From: Epiperipatus broadwayi
Taxonomy: Eukaryota > Animalia > Onychophora
Assembly: GCA_028023455.1 (NCBI GenBank)
Contig: JAQFVV010000004.1
Span: 19,964,001-20,028,000 of the forward strand
Direction of reading: 5' to 3'
Length of the DNA stretch: 64,000 nucleotides
Made by a program: the position numbers and the translations under genes. Shown in pieces: positions 1-14,599 of the stretch (position 1 is its first letter; each line of letters opens with the position of its first letter). The notes under the pieces were generated by a model. That model did not search any database. It worked only from the letters and a program-made list of their open reading frames with translations, and was not told where the DNA came from.

Positions 1-1208
1 TTCTTAAATACATCTCTTTTTTTTCTATTCAATTATCATTTTGTGCTCTTTAAAATATTTTTTAATGGGCTGGTTTTATTGGTATATGTCCATAGTTGCA
101 TCTTTTAGCTTTCAGCATTTTCAGTTTGTTTTGTAAAAAATAAATTTTCTCATAGTATTGTACTATGGCTTTGGAAAGCCATTTTAATACTTTACTAATT
201 ACAGATATTTTTAGTTGTATGCTATTCCCAGTATATATGTATTTACTAAAAACATATAATTGGTTTGCCTTTTAATATTACCTTTTATTTCCTACTTAAG
301 GTTTTCTTATTAATAAAAATTGGGTAATTATTTTTCATGAAAGTTTGTTCTACATAAGATTCTATTCAAGTTATTAATTTCCAAACAAATTTTTTTTTGC
401 TCTGTTCCAAAGTGAAGGTATAACTCTAATTATGAATTTCTTTTATAATTTGATATATATGCTAAATATTTACCTGTATATGTGGTTATTATGAAACAAA
501 ATAAGTTATTCATAGCAGGCCAATGTAGGAAATCAACACAAATCCAATACTGAGTAGAGAAGCAAAGTTATAAGAAATTATTTAGATTAACATCATATTT
601 AAGCAAAATTTCACATCTTTATGATCTATCTAAAATTCATACAAACAAAATGTTTGTTAATCTCTTAGTGGTTAAATTTCCAATATTTATTTTAAAATTA
701 ATTTTTATTTTGTTTTGTATATCAATAAATTGTTTTACATTTATTAGAAATATAAGTTCACAAATGAAAAACATCCTTAAAATTTTTTTCTACTTTGCAA
801 ATATAGAGGAAAAAAAAATAAAGCAAAATATTTAATTACACATTGCCAATAAAAACAACAACAAAATAACAAAATATTTATTAATTTAACTTCATTTCTA
901 AAATTGCAAAAAAAAATTGTTATGCCATCATAAAGCAACATAATTCTGTTCTAAAATCTAAAATCATCTTTATAATTATTAAAATATCACAAAATCCCCT
1001 ATAATAGTCTTTGTAAAGTTAGGGACAATTGTAATTTTTTTTGTTAGTAAAGATTTTTTTTGATTTGTTTTATTAAAAATAAAATATTTTCTAATAAACT
1101 TTAAGTGTAAACCATGAATATCTTTGTTTTTAAATAAATACTATGCAAATTTTGAAAAAAAAACCTAACTATTTAAAAAAGCTACTGAAATTATGCAATT
1201 TATATTTT

Positions 1209-1601
1209 AAAACAGGCAAAACATTCAGTAGTGTCACTCAGTGCAAGCCAATATAAGCTAATGAGTGTGAATTGAAAATATTGTGTTTTCAATTTTATTC
1301 ACATAGTTTTGTAGTTAAATAGAGATAAAAGGTGGCTGCTGGAGAGTTGCATTAGATCCTAAGATCTAGGTGCAGTGCTCTCAGATCCAAGATTCCTCAT
1401 TAATGAAGGCCACAAGCCAGAAACTAGTCTGGGGATATTGGATGAGTAGGCACTAGATAGGGATTTTGTGCACAAGCCTTCTGGCATCCATTAGTTACAC
1501 CGGCTTGCACTGAGTGGCACTATTGCATGGAGAGTTTTGCTTGTTTTAATAACAGTTATGAGCAAGAATAAGAAATGGTGATCATGTGATGTTTAGTGGT
1601 T
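1209..1601 (+). mobile_element. Non-autonomous PLE-like element, family A
   Basis: Short inverted arm (1209-1241) then direct copy with a mutated hammerhead (1395-1434) and tail ending GATCATGTGATGTTTAGTGGTT. 13-bp direct repeat caatttatatttt at 1196-1208 and 1602-1614. Confidence 0.85.
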
Positions 1602-1889
1602 CAATTTATATTTTCATAAAAATTGCAATATAAAAGTGCTTGCAAGTCATCACAAAGCTTGAGAGCAAAATATATCCCAACCATTAGCATTGTTGGTCCA
1701 TTGTCTTATTTCCCTGTAAACTAATAAAACAATATATATTTTAGTTCCAGTTTGTCATTAAATGAGCACCAAACAAATAAAATAGCAGTATAGATAAAAT
1801 CCACTAAGTTGGAATTATTGAGTTAAGTCCTATTATTAGTTTTAGAAATTCACCATGTCAAAACATGTTAAAAATTTTTTAAAATTCTT

Positions 1890-2450
1890 CATTCTTTGGC
1901 ATTCAAGACACAATCCTTTGACAGAAATTCTAAGCACTTTGTGGAATTAACGAATAATATGAAAATTGAAAAAAATGATATATTAGTAAGATTTGATGTA
2001 AAAAGCTTTTTCACAAATGTAATTTGTGATGAAATATTACTTATTTCAATAAAATATATATATATTTTCATACAAGCAAAAAATCTTTTTAACTAATAAT
2101 ATAATGGAATTCTTGATATTTTGCATAATAACAATACACTTTTATACATATTAGGAATAGCAGAGAAATTAAAAAAATATACAATCAATATAATATTAGA
2201 GCAGCTTTTCAAAGCCATAGAGCATTACAAGAAGTCCTAACTCTTACAAAAGCTAAATTAGAAATGGCTAAAAAACAAAAAGTGCATTTCTGAAATACCA
2301 TGTGAATATGGAAAAACATACATGGCTGAAAACAGATGATCTATTGAAAAACAATTAAAAGATGACAATGTCATGATTAAAGTGGAAATAACAAATGTAT
2401 ATAAAATAGCAAACCATATATATTAAAATATTAATTTTGATGCCTGTATT
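1890..2450 (+). mobile_element. Decayed Penelope-like element ORF relic (RT start and GIY-YIG start)
   Basis: ORF 1896-2096 reads RNSKHFVE...KIEKNDILVRFDVKSFFTNV, the PLE RT motif SFDVxSLFTNV. Downstream IPCEYGKTYMAENR*SIEKQLK (~2295-2360) resembles the GIY-YIG motif YxIPCxCGKxYIGETxRxL. Confidence 0.75.
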
Positions 2451-2479
2451 CCTTCAAAATATATGTAAAATTAAACTTG

Positions 2480-3480
2480 ATATATATATAATGCACTAAT
2501 ATATAATTCCACTTTTTCTTTTAGAACTACTTTCGACTATATTCCTTTTAGTCTTTACCAACTATATTACGATATAATGTTGAATAATCAAAATGAGACA
2601 TTTTATAACTCCGATAATTTCATTTACTTCTCCCACAATTCTATTATTTTAATGTTTGATTATTAACGATTCATTAATACTTGACGATTTCTCAAAATTA
2701 ATATAGCTTCTTTTATTTTTTGTTTATTGTGGCAAATAGACCTCAACAGCTGCTTAGACTTATTCTTAAAAAAAGTGTCAGTTGGCACTCATAACCTCTT
2801 GTCGCTTAAAAATGCTTTCTTCTCTGTCATCAGGTTAGCCACCTTTATGACATTTGCTCTGTGGCTCACCAGATGTGAACATGTTTTTGTTTAAACAGAT
2901 CTCAACATCTGCCAAACTTTCTGTGGCATAGTAGGCAAAATCAAGGACAGAGACAAATTATTAGGACCTGAAGAACTTTTTTGAAATACCTGGTCAAGAA
3001 TAGGCTTCAATATAGAATAGAAAGTTAGCCTAATATGCAAGGCTGCCTAGATTAACTTTTAACTAAATGATGTAGGTCTCGATCTACCTTTCTCTCCAAG
3101 ATCAAATGTATATATGTGTATATAAATAAATCTTTATAACCTTAATAAATAAAAAAAAACCCGTTATATTTATTTATAATATAACCTGTAGATATAAGTT
3201 TAAATTTGATTATAAAAACATAAAAAATATACAAATTGAAAGTTGCCACAATAAACTAAAAATAAAAAAAGTTATAGTATTAATGAACCATCAATCATCA
3301 AACATTAAAATAACAGAATTGTGGGAGAACTGAATGAATTATGGGAGTTATAAAATAATGTCTCATTTTCATTATTCAACGTTATATTGTTATATAGTTG
3401 ACAAAGACTAAAAGGAATATAGTCAAAAGTATTTCTAACAGAATAAGTTGAATTATATAAATATAACTGCATTAAATATA
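2480..3480. mobile_element. Fold-back element with ~200-bp arms and variant hammerhead motif, next to the PLE ORF relic
   Basis: ~2480-2680 is the reverse complement of ~3280-3480 (aattgtgggaga, aatgtctcatttt, aaagactaaaaggaatatagtc), with TA runs at both ends. Confidence 0.75.
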
Positions 3481-3999
3481 TATCAAATTGAATTTTATAT
3501 ATATATCAGTGAAGATATGTTTGATTGTAAAAAATACAATAATATTGTCCAGAAAAGAAATTTAAAAGGAAAATGGTTTAGGTAATAATGGCAAATAATT
3601 CCATAAGTTTAACCTAGTGTAATAATAATTCATAATGTTTGGAAACATTTTATTAACTTTGTCTTAAAAAATGAAGAAATCATAAGACTATCATAAATAA
3701 GTATATTAAATTTCTACTGTCTCTTGCCTTTTATAGAATAGTCTAATTGGTTAAGACAATCATTTTAAATATCTAAAGTTCCCAGATTTGATTTCCATGC
3801 TAGTACAGTTGTTAATCAGACCAGCAACATGCAAAGAATGAAGAAAAAAAATACCATGCAAAATGTTATATGGTAGACTAATCTAATAGTTGGATATATT
3901 TAAAAAGTTTAAATGTTTGAATTTTTTTAAAGATATTTAACAATTAATTCTACATGACGGAATTAATCCATCATATAATTATTACAAAAAAATCAAGTC

Positions 4000-4660
4000 A
4001 GATGTCACATGACTTAATTCAATAAGCTTGTATTTACAAATGTTATATAAAGAGCTTGCAAATAAGCTCTTAACAAGCTTTGCAGGATATCTCTAACCCC
4101 AGACCGGTTTCTGCTACTGCTTTCCTCAGTGAGGTGCAAGGATATTCAAGCATTAGACTAAAAATATCAGGACAAGCCCAGCACTTTATCTAATGTATAA
4201 CTATTAAGTAGAAAATTTGAAAATTTCAGACATCCATATGTCTTCAAATCCAGCTATCTAACTTAAATAGCCATATGAGACTGAACTAAGATCAGATACA
4301 TCATATATTAATAGCTTTAGCAATAAAAAATCACTAAAGACATCATAGCAAAAAATAAAATTACAAAAAATATATGGTGTATCTGAACTTAGTTTAGTCC
4401 CATATGGCTATTTAAATTAGATAGCTGGATTGGAAGACAAATGGATGTCTGAAAATTTCAGATTTTCTACTTAATAGTTATACATTAGATAAAGTGCTGG
4501 GATTGTCATGGTATTTTTAATCTAATCTTGAATATCCTAGCACCTCACTGAGGATGCCAGTAGGAGAAACCGGTCTGAGGTTGAGGAAATTCTACAAAGC
4601 TTGTTAATAGTTTGTTTTGTGAGCTCTATCATATAATTATAAATGTAAATATAAGATTTT
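4000..4660. mobile_element. Family B fold-back element with two oppositely oriented hammerhead motifs
   Basis: Arms of roughly 280 bp (~4026-4308 and ~4371-4655). Hammerhead motifs at 4097-4134 (-) and 4543-4580 (+). Confidence 0.85.
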
Positions 4661-5092
4661 AATTTGCTAAGAGATTTTTGTTAAGTTCATTTGCTACTCT
4701 GTTCTGATAGTATAGTAGTTTTCTTTATGTAACTAGTTCTTGATAATTATGATATTGAAGTCATACAAAATTATTAAAAGTGAAAAAATGAAATTGCATC
4801 TTGAAATTTATTTTTTACAAAATATTTAGCTAGTAAAGAATATTTGTTTACAGTTAAAAAAAACAAACTAAGATTTTCTTCATTAATTTAAACCAATGGT
4901 GCACAACCTACTTTTATTCTATGAGATGCCTAAAACTTTTTTGATTAATTTAGAAATATAATGAAATATAACTATTTTAGTACATTCTCATAATAGGTAC
5001 ATATAATTTTATTTCGTTTATTTTAGTCATTTTCCAGTAACGTATATGACCATAATGTTGTCAAAAACTTATAAACACTTAATCGAATTATT

Positions 5093-5255
5093 CATAACTT
5101 AAAATAATAAACAACTAGTTTGTATGCAATTTAATCTAATATTATCAATGGATTTTCGTTCACATCTTGAGAAAGTTCATTTGTGAATGAAAATCGATTT
5201 ATGATATTAAATTAAATTGCATCTTTAAACCAGTTGTCTATTATTTTAAGTTATG
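5093..5255 (+). mobile_element. Small fold-back element with variant hammerhead motif
   Basis: ataacttaaaataata...tgcaatttaat and attaaattgca...tattattttaagttat are inverted arms. Motif at 5167-5200. Confidence 0.65.
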
Positions 5256-6029
5256 TGTAATTCGATAAAGTGTATATAATTTTATATATATAATAAAAAA
5301 TTTAATGAAAAGAGATTTTTAACAAATTTAACAGTCAATATAAACTTATTCTTCTGGAGATATATTTGGGATTATAATAAAAATCATGAGCTGTAAATCT
5401 TTTTTTTAAATATACACCTATGTCTTGAGAATTCCATGACTCTTTGAGAGGTCATAACCACAGAGTGTGCCATATTGGTTTAAATTATATACATATATTT
5501 TAAAAAGTTAGCTTGGTTAATATAGAATTTATACTGATTAAAATGAAGAATATATGTATGGATGAAAGAACTTTGATTGTATCATTTCTCAGTCCATTAT
5601 ATTTAAATGAATATCATACAAAATAAATTTAAAAGAAATCACTATAGTAGTTGTTCTGATAAAGTATTGTTCTCTAAATAATAAGAGCTAACATAAAACA
5701 TGGTAAAATACATAGATGAAATATTGTATTTCTTCATCAATTTTTATTTTCTCTTCACTTTTTGCAAATTGTGGGCTCATTTCTATTTCAGTAATATTAT
5801 GTATGGTTTTTATATTCTTTTGTTTGTTTTAACTTCTGAAATTTCACTGAAATTTATTTTCATTTCTTTTGTTTTAATCTATCTATGCTTAAATAATGTT
5901 CAGAATATTTTATAATCTAAGCTTTAAAATAACCAATATCCTTTTTTCCCAACATAAAACACTACACACTGTTACATGGACACAAACAACAAAAGCTCTT
6001 TATATAGTTATTTTTCATGTTATTACAGA

Positions 6030-8260
6030 GCAGATAAATTCGATAAAAGGTATGAACAAAATGGGATAATGGCCATTATTTGATGAAGAAAATATATATT
6101 TAGACATAAAAAGGTAAAGAGAAAATAATGACATAGACTAAAAGATTGATTCAGCATGACAGAAAGTTTGACATCAACTTGTTGAGATAAAAGTAAAAAA
6201 TATTTTTTCCGATAAAGAAGAGAGAAGACATTAGAAGAACATTTGGTTAACAAATCACAAGAAAATATATATATTAAAAAATTAAGAATGGCATACAAAG
6301 TTCTAGGATAGAAAAGATATTATGATAAGAAGAACTTGGAATAATGAAATATATTATGAAGAAAATAGGACAAAAAAAGCACTTCAACAATGGATTTGAT
6401 CAAAGAATATAAATGTGAAGAAATTTATAAGACTTTAAATAGTAAAATCTAAAAAAATTATTCAGAACAAAAAGAAGAAATGTGTTCAATAAAATATATT
6501 GAAGTTGAGCAAAATTGGATTCTGGAGATCAACAAAAGTGTGCAAGTTATGAAGGACTTAAAAAAACAATCTAGGATAAAAATCATTATGATTAGAATAA
6601 AAGAATGGATTGTATATTATAAATAATAATTAAATAAAAAAGAGATGACATGATGAATTGTAAAAGACAAAAATAGGATAATGAATTTATTACTGGGAGG
6701 AAGATGTTATTGAGAACATACAGTATGGAAGAAATGAAAAAATACCTGAATCAGGAGGTATTAATTTGTAGCTGATAAAATATGATGAAAAAAAATTGTT
6801 AATTTGATTATTAGATTGATAAACTTTATTTTTACAAAGAGAAATATATCTTGAAAGATACCTTAGGATTATATATCAGCAATTTTTAAGAATGGAGACA
6901 AAATTAAAGGTGAGAATTATGAAGAACTTCATGTTATCAACATTTTAATGAAGATATTAGAAAGAATTATAAGAAACTACTTGAGAAAAAGATTAAACAC
7001 CTGAAGAACAGTGTACTTTGACAAAATAGTTTTGTATAGATAGTATATTTACTATTAGTAGATAATATAGGAGAGTGAAGCTAAACATAAAAAGATATGA
7101 TTTTTATTGACTTGAATAAAGTTTATGACATGTTCTTTAGAAGTTGTAGTGGAAATCAATAAAAATATTCATGACTGAAACTTCATAATTACATGATATA
7201 AATAAAATAGATATTAAGTAGAAGTAAGTCTGGAGGTGTTAGAGGAAGTTAATAGAAAAAATAATTATTGCAGGAGTATTATGCATTATCAACTCTATTC
7301 AAAGTATATTTTATGGATTTGATAAAATAGACAAAGAGGTGTCAAAAATAGTCATGATATTATGAGTGATAGATATTTATTTAATTTATTATTTGCAGAT
7401 GATCAAATATGATTATAACACAAGATATAAATAATATTGAACACATTATAAGAAAACATATGGAGGAATACTTCAAATGAGGATTAAATACCAATTTTGG
7501 AAAAGACAGAAACATTGCTAACAGAAGGAAATGATATATTGATAAATAATGGATTTTTTTAAAAAAAACTAAACAGATTCCAATATTAATTATTGAAAAC
7601 AAAGTATTATCAAAAGATAGATCTGTAGAAGAATTGATAAAATGAAGCAAGCAATAGGAATGCTTAACTCAGTTTTATAGAGTAGTAATATACTGATGAA
7701 AGCAACAATTCTTACATATAACACCCTGGAATAGAGTGCATTATTGTATAGGTCACAATCATGAAATAAATATAAAAGAAAATGAACAGATATTTTTATA
7801 ACAGGCAAAACTCTCCATACAGTAGTGCCACTCAGTGCAAGCCAGAGTAATCAAAGGATGCAAGAAAGTTTGTGCATAAAATCCCTATCAAATGCCTACT
7901 CATCCAAAATCTCCAGCTTGAGAAAGCATAAGAAATGTGATCATGTGATCTTTAGTGGTTTAACAGATATTTATAGCAGCAGAAATGGATTATTGGGGAT
8001 TATCAAGATCAAAGTTGGACAAAAAGACAGCTAAAGAGAAAGAGAGAAATGGTTGGAGTGAAAAAAAGACTAAAATGATATAATCACATCAGTATACCAG
8101 ATTGATGAATGATAGTGAAGCAGAAAGAAGAGAAAAGACAAGAAGATGAAGAAATTGATGGAAAGAAGACTTAAAAAATAGCATAAAAATGGTTGATGAA
8201 ATAGGAGATAATAAAATATATGAAGGAAAATATGGAAGACTTTTGGTTAAGGACATTTAC
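6030..8260 (+). mobile_element. Heavily decayed RTE-like LINE (APE to RT), interrupted by the family A insertion at 7801-7961
   Basis: Broken motifs read EEQC (~7007), FIDLNKVYD (~7103), FADDQ (~7393) and, after the insertion, AAEMDYW (~7975). Many stops and frameshifts. Confidence 0.7.
7801..7961 (+). mobile_element. Family A copy inserted in the decayed RTE
   Basis: Inverted segment acaggcaaaactctcc... is joined directly to the tail. Flanks aacagatatttttata (7785-7800) and aacagatatttata (7962-7975) differ only in T-run length. Confidence 0.8.
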
Positions 8261-8640
8261 AGCAGTGAGAAAATTTTGAAAAAGGTACACATTTCATATA
8301 TATATATATACACCCAGATATCTTCTGCATTTTTATGTACATTCATAAATTACCTACAAAACGGAATAAAATAAAACCATGAGATAAATACTAAATACAC
8401 ATTGATCTTAGCAAATTTTCAGTAAATTTTTTATGTGATCTTATTTTTCCTTCATTTCTCAGTCAGAAATTAAGTTTTATAGTACTACACACAAAACAAA
8501 TGTTAACAAAAAATTAAAATATTAAAGATTTGATTAAAAAAACTTTATATAACAATAAACAACAAAAATACAATAGATAATTCTGCTTTACTAAGTCTTT
8601 ATACTATAGTAATTTGAAAAGTCAATAAATTTTTTATCTA

Positions 8641-8951
8641 ATAAACATCACATGACCACCACTTCTTATGCTTGTGTATAGCTGTTATAAAACAGGCAAA
8701 ACCCACTATACGTATTGCCACACACAGCAAGCTAGAGTAATCAGTGGATTCCAGAAGGCTGCATTAGATCCTAGTGCAGTGCTCTCAGATCCAAGGCTCC
8801 TTACTGATGAAGGCCACAAGCCAAAAACTAGTCTGGGGATAGTGGATGAGTAGGCACTAGATAGGGGTTTTATGCACAAGCCTTCTGGAATCCATTGATT
8901 ACTCTAGCTTCCTGTGTGTGGCAATACGTATAATGAATTTTGCCTGTTTTT
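8641..8951 (-). mobile_element. Family A copy
   Basis: Tail (reverse complement) at 8641-8687, about 70-bp inverted arms, and a hammerhead with GAAA>AAAA at 8799-8838. Flanks taaattttttatcta (8626-8640) and taaatttattatcta (8952-8966), one mismatch. Confidence 0.85.
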
Positions 8952-10881
8952 TAAATTTATTATCTAGTAATAAAATTAAAATTTATAACTTCTTACACTT
9001 ATGCTGCACACTTTTTTTTTACTCATGAAGTTAAAAAATATTTCATCTTTGAATCAACATTTTGTAATATCTTGAGAAAATTCTTTAATATGGCTCAATT
9101 ATTTAACACAGAGATCTTTCTGTAGTTTATTATAATAAAAAATAATTATTACATTCACAAACAACTATTAAAGGTTTAAGTCATTGTATCACCAAGTATA
9201 ACAATATAATAAATCTAAAAAAATTAAATTTATTTATTACCATATCAAAAAGATGAATCAGTCATAGGTTTTATAGTATCTACTTAATAATAGATTTTTG
9301 TATATATTGTTAGGCAAATAAAAAAATATAGAAAGAATGGATAGTCACTGAAAATGAAGTACCTGATTGTGCCATAAGTTTAATTTGAACCTCCTTTATC
9401 CTAAACACAGATACGTTATTTTTAAAAAAGAATATGAAATTGCTAATGAAAGTAATTGATAAGTATTTGCTTGAAATGTTCAAATAGATTCAGATAGCTT
9501 TTCACAAAGATTGTTTTTAAACATTATTTTAGATTATTTATTAGATAAAAAAAGTCAGTCACTTCTAAGTGAATTAATGTAAGATTATGATGGCCTTTTT
9601 ATTGCAGAAGTTTATATTCAATTCATATGATACTATCTTATTTCCTGCTAAGATGACAATTTCAATACGGTATTTTGGTGGACTTGGAGATAAGACCTTA
9701 CTTTTTGGAAAAGTTTATGATAAATAAAGTCTTTAATGAAATTAAGAGTATTAGCAGCATAGATAAACTTTATATTTTCTATTTTTGGAAAGTAGGTAAA
9801 AAGAGAAATCTAACCAAATTTTTAGAAATATCTTGAAAAGTTGGCTGGATGTATTCTTTATTACTTTTACATTCCTTACTAAATACTGTGTCCCCATTTG
9901 GTGAAAAAGTGCTCATTTTATATTTGATTTGCAATTAAATATTCCTATGAGAAATATTTCTGACATACTACATTTATTCCTTTCCAGTGATTTCCAGTTC
10001 TATAAAGTGTGTTTGCTATGAAAATATTTAAATTATGCAAACTTTATTTTTATCAAATAAAGTCAGTTTTTAAAAAGGTTATTTCCCATATAGAGTTAAA
10101 AATCTTTTTCATTACAAAATGGATAATGTATGATATAATACAAAAGATTAAGAAAAAATGTTAATATTTATACAATGTGCTTTGAAGAATTAATGATCTC
10201 TATGCATGCTCCAATCTTTCTTCTTTATTTCAAAACCAGTCTGATAGTTATTTCATCAAAAAGAAAGCAAATATCACCAATAGCCTCTATATAGATAACA
10301 TTATGATTGCTTTTTATATCAATAAATCTCAAAAAGGCAATCTGGCCATGATTATCCCCAAGAAGACAATATGTCTAGAATTGTTTTTTAAGCCGTGATA
10401 TATAAGATGTTATAATCACTACTGCTTTAATATCCTAGAAAGAATTGTGTTAAGAAACAGCAAACAATGGCAGTGTTACTAGCAGTGACTGTTGTCGTCA
10501 CTGGGGTGCTTCAATCTATCTTTAACTGGAGAAGCAAATGATAAATGAAGATTAGTTAGCATCATACATATTTAATTACACTTTTATTCTAAATAAAAGA
10601 AATGCCTTTTTATGGATAAACAATTTGGAATGAATATTATAATAAAAGTTGCAAAATAACCCACATACATTAAAAATATTCTTGTTAAAAACAAATTTAT
10701 TTTATCTTTTTCAAATGTCTTTACTCATATGTCTGATGGAGTGAAAATAAATATATCTCAAAATATATTGCACATGTAAAAATAAAAAAGAAGTTGCATT
10801 AATTAATCCATGTGTTTATGTTTAATTAAAACAACTGATTAATAAAAACTTGAATTAGAATTAAAGTTTATATCTAATCTA

Positions 10882-11071
10882 TTAAAACAGGCAAAACTCT
10901 CTATACATATTGCCACTCAATGCAAGCCAGAGTAATCAATGGATGCCAGAAGGGTTGTGCATAAAATCCCCATCTAGTGTCTACTCAGCCATTATCCCCA
11001 GACTAGTTTCTAGAGTTTTGCCTGTTTTAATAATAGTTATAAGCAAGAATAAGAAATGGTGATCATGTGAT
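10882..11071 (+). mobile_element. Family A copy
   Basis: Inverted segment ends inside the hammerhead (ccccagactagtttct), then agagttttgcctgtttt plus tail. 16-bp direct repeat gtttatatctaatcta at 10866-10881 and 11072-11087. Confidence 0.87.
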
Positions 11072-14000
11072 GTTTATATCTAATCTAAAAATAATATAAT
11101 AATGTCAAGTCTAATAAATGAATATTAATAATCATTAATGTATTTATCTGAAGTGGTGGGTATTAATGTTGTGAGTGCTAAAAGTTTAACACTTGTACAT
11201 AAAGTTGTAATAATTTAACATAGTGCTAAAATAAACTTAATGCTGACACATTCAGAAAAAAAAGTACTAACAAATGACTTCAAATATAGTTTTTATTAAT
11301 GATTTTCTTTTCTAATTCAGATAGTATTTTATTTGTTTAAATTAAAAACAAATTGATTAAATTGGAATGACATCTCAAAAAACTGCCAATGTACAAATTT
11401 TGTCCACAAACATAGAAAAATATTTAAAAAATAAACAATCATTCAACACACTCTCAAATGATACATCTCCATTAATAATATACACTAGAAAAAAGTTTCT
11501 ATACAGATTTAAAAATAAATTTAATACATTTACTACAATATAACATAATATCATTTGTCAAAATAAAATAATTAAGAATATATATACTTTCAACCTTTCT
11601 CTTTGAGAAATGATTAAGAACACAGGAGTTATATCAATAAATAAATAAATAAAAATATATAGAAGTTATACTTTTACAGTTTTTTTAAATCGATGTATAT
11701 TTCACCTTACTATTACAAAAACCAATATAAAAATATATTTGAGTTTACAAAAGAAAATAGATATTAAATAACTTCAAGCTGAGCTGATAAAATGATAATA
11801 AATAAACAATAATAAAACATTTGACCAGAAAATGATATATTTTAAATAATCACACAATTATTCATCTTCATACACATATGAAATATTGCACCTAAAATTC
11901 TTGTGCTTAGCCCATTGCTAGATTTAGCAATTAGGCTGCAATGTAGGGTCTCGTTTAAGCCTTAGTATTAATACTCCTAATTTTTGGGGGAAGGTTAACT
12001 TATTTTAAATTTTTTATTACATAAAATCTGATCATTAGATAAAATTCTGAATCCAAAACATGATTTAATCATTAAAGCTAATAATTGCTTTATTATCATG
12101 CATTCGTTTTCCTTGTTTTATTTCTTTCTTTATATTACAAATTAAAGTCTATTATAAAATGGCAAATTTGCTACTGAAAGTTGCTAAAACTATATATACT
12201 TTACTTATATTAATAATACACATTATTTTAGATGTAGATAAAATTTTATAAAGGCACCTTATGAAGGAATAGTAAATGCCTTAGTAAATAAACAAATTAC
12301 ACAATTTTTTTTATAGTAAACTACTTTTTTGGGGATGCTGAAAATGGAAGAAGGTTTTAGCTGCCATTGGAAATTTTCCCAAAATATATTAGAAAAATGG
12401 TATACAAAAATTTCAATGAATATTTATCATCATAACAAGATTGCAGTAATTCTATTTTATACAGACTTACACTTATTACTAAGATAACATAACATAAAGT
12501 ATAAATCCAGCAGTGTTAGAGTTAATAATAGAAGATCAAAAATAAAAGTGAAAAATTAAACACTAATGTATAAATAAGTAAACCAAATATGTTAAAAATT
12601 AATTAATAAATTTCTTATTAAACAAACTTTTATTAATTTAAATTTTGTTTCATGAGGAATTTATTACTATATATATATGTCAAATTATTATTAGTAATTT
12701 TAGTTAAGAGATCTAAAAATTACTACTTAAAAACATCAATGATATTTTTTTGTCCTAAACCATGTTATCTAAAAAAAAAAATCATTTAATATATATATCA
12801 GCAATAAGTAATATTAAAATTGGCAAAATAATATTTTACTAAAGGAACTATCTACATTAAGCTTTTATCCTTTTCCAAAATTACCAAAAATTCTATATTT
12901 AGCTATATATATATATTCCATCTGTAACAAGAAATTAAATTTTATTTATTAATAAAACCATATTAATTTTCAGTTAATTAGCATGAATCGATTTTTTTTA
13001 TTTCAATAAATTAATTTGAAATCAATTATACTTCAATTAAAATATGAATTAAACATAAAGAATTTTTTTTTTTTTTTAGAATATTTTACCATTTTCTTTA
13101 AATGAATTTTTCCTTTAAAGATGGAAATGCAACCATATTCATATAAACGAACATCTAGTAGAGATTTGGTATACATTATTTGCCTTTAGAATATCAACAA
13201 TTTTGCAAATACTACCATCAATAATACATATATGAGGCATTAAAACATAAAAATGTTTTATTGATATCTTCATTATCTCATCTAAAATCTATATGATACC
13301 GTATCTAGAGTTTCTAAAGATTTATTTTCAGGAAATAATGTATTTATTGATTTATTTTATATGCAATAATTTGAATGAACAGAAATAAAAAAAAATACGT
13401 GATAATTAAAAAGATAATTTTATAAATTATAATTTATATATATTTATGAACAACAATGTTAAATTATTATCTGAATATTTTTGGCAACTCTAAGAATGCT
13501 GTAAATTTTGCTTTATAAACTCCCATTGTGATTTGAATCCATAAATGAATGTACGATGAAAATGAAAAGATGCGTTTTCATAGAGAGAGAGATGTCACTA
13601 GGATAGAACATTATTTCTAGGCTATTGATTAAAAGTATCTTCTATATTATTGAGTACCTTTATGCTATATAGAAAGAAATTCGTTATTTTATATTTGAAA
13701 AGCTGTAGTTTATTATGTTAGTGTTAAACAGAAGTTAACTATCATTTACAATTATCAAATATTATCATTTAAATATAATTCCTTATAGTATAATAATTTT
13801 CAAGGGACGAAATTCATTAAAATTATTATTTATACATACATATTCACACACGCAAATATAAATCTATTAAGAGAACAATCAAGTCCAAGAATAGGTTTAC
13901 ATTATCATATTTGATAAGCCATGATTATTAGAATGCGCGCGCACACACCCACACACATATATAAAAACCTTTGAATGCTTGTCAAAATATCTTACGCTTA

Positions 14001-14599
14001 AGAATATTTTAGAAATATCTTGATTTATGAAATTCTGGCACTGCCATTTGGAAAATTAGAGCAATCAAAGATACAAGATCATTTTAAAATATTACTTTAA
14101 AAAAAAAAAAGGTTTTCATATAAACATTGCTACTTGATATGTAGATAAATTAAATGTAAACATAGTTTTTATGCTAAATTGATTCTTTTTCCTTTTAAAA
14201 TTTATAATCATTTTTTATTTTGATAAAAATAAACTTTCAATAAAATAAATAAAAATGCTTATATGAAATAAAAAATTATTTGTTGCAACTTATTTATAAA
14301 TTATGATTATCCTATTAAAATAATCTTCGGAATTTCAACATATAATAACGGAACATTTTTTGATTAGAATAACCGACCTCCATTCAAAAATGAAAATAAA
14401 TAATATTTGCTATAGAATTATATTATATGCCTATAAAGAGAAACAATGACAATAAAGAGGACACCTTTTTTTCGTTGACTTTAATCAAATCTTCTGTTAT
14501 AAACTATATAATATTTCCGAAGTAAAAACAGTGCTACTACTAATTTACTTATAGCATGCCTTATTGTCAATGCATATGTATTACCATCGTTTTCAAACA

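Noticed and set aside
2815-2995. CTGATGA...GAAA at ~2815-2833 (-) and CTGAAGA...GAAA at ~2968-2995 (+)
   Set aside because: No credible stem II or stem I pairing. Such matches are expected by chance in AT-rich DNA.
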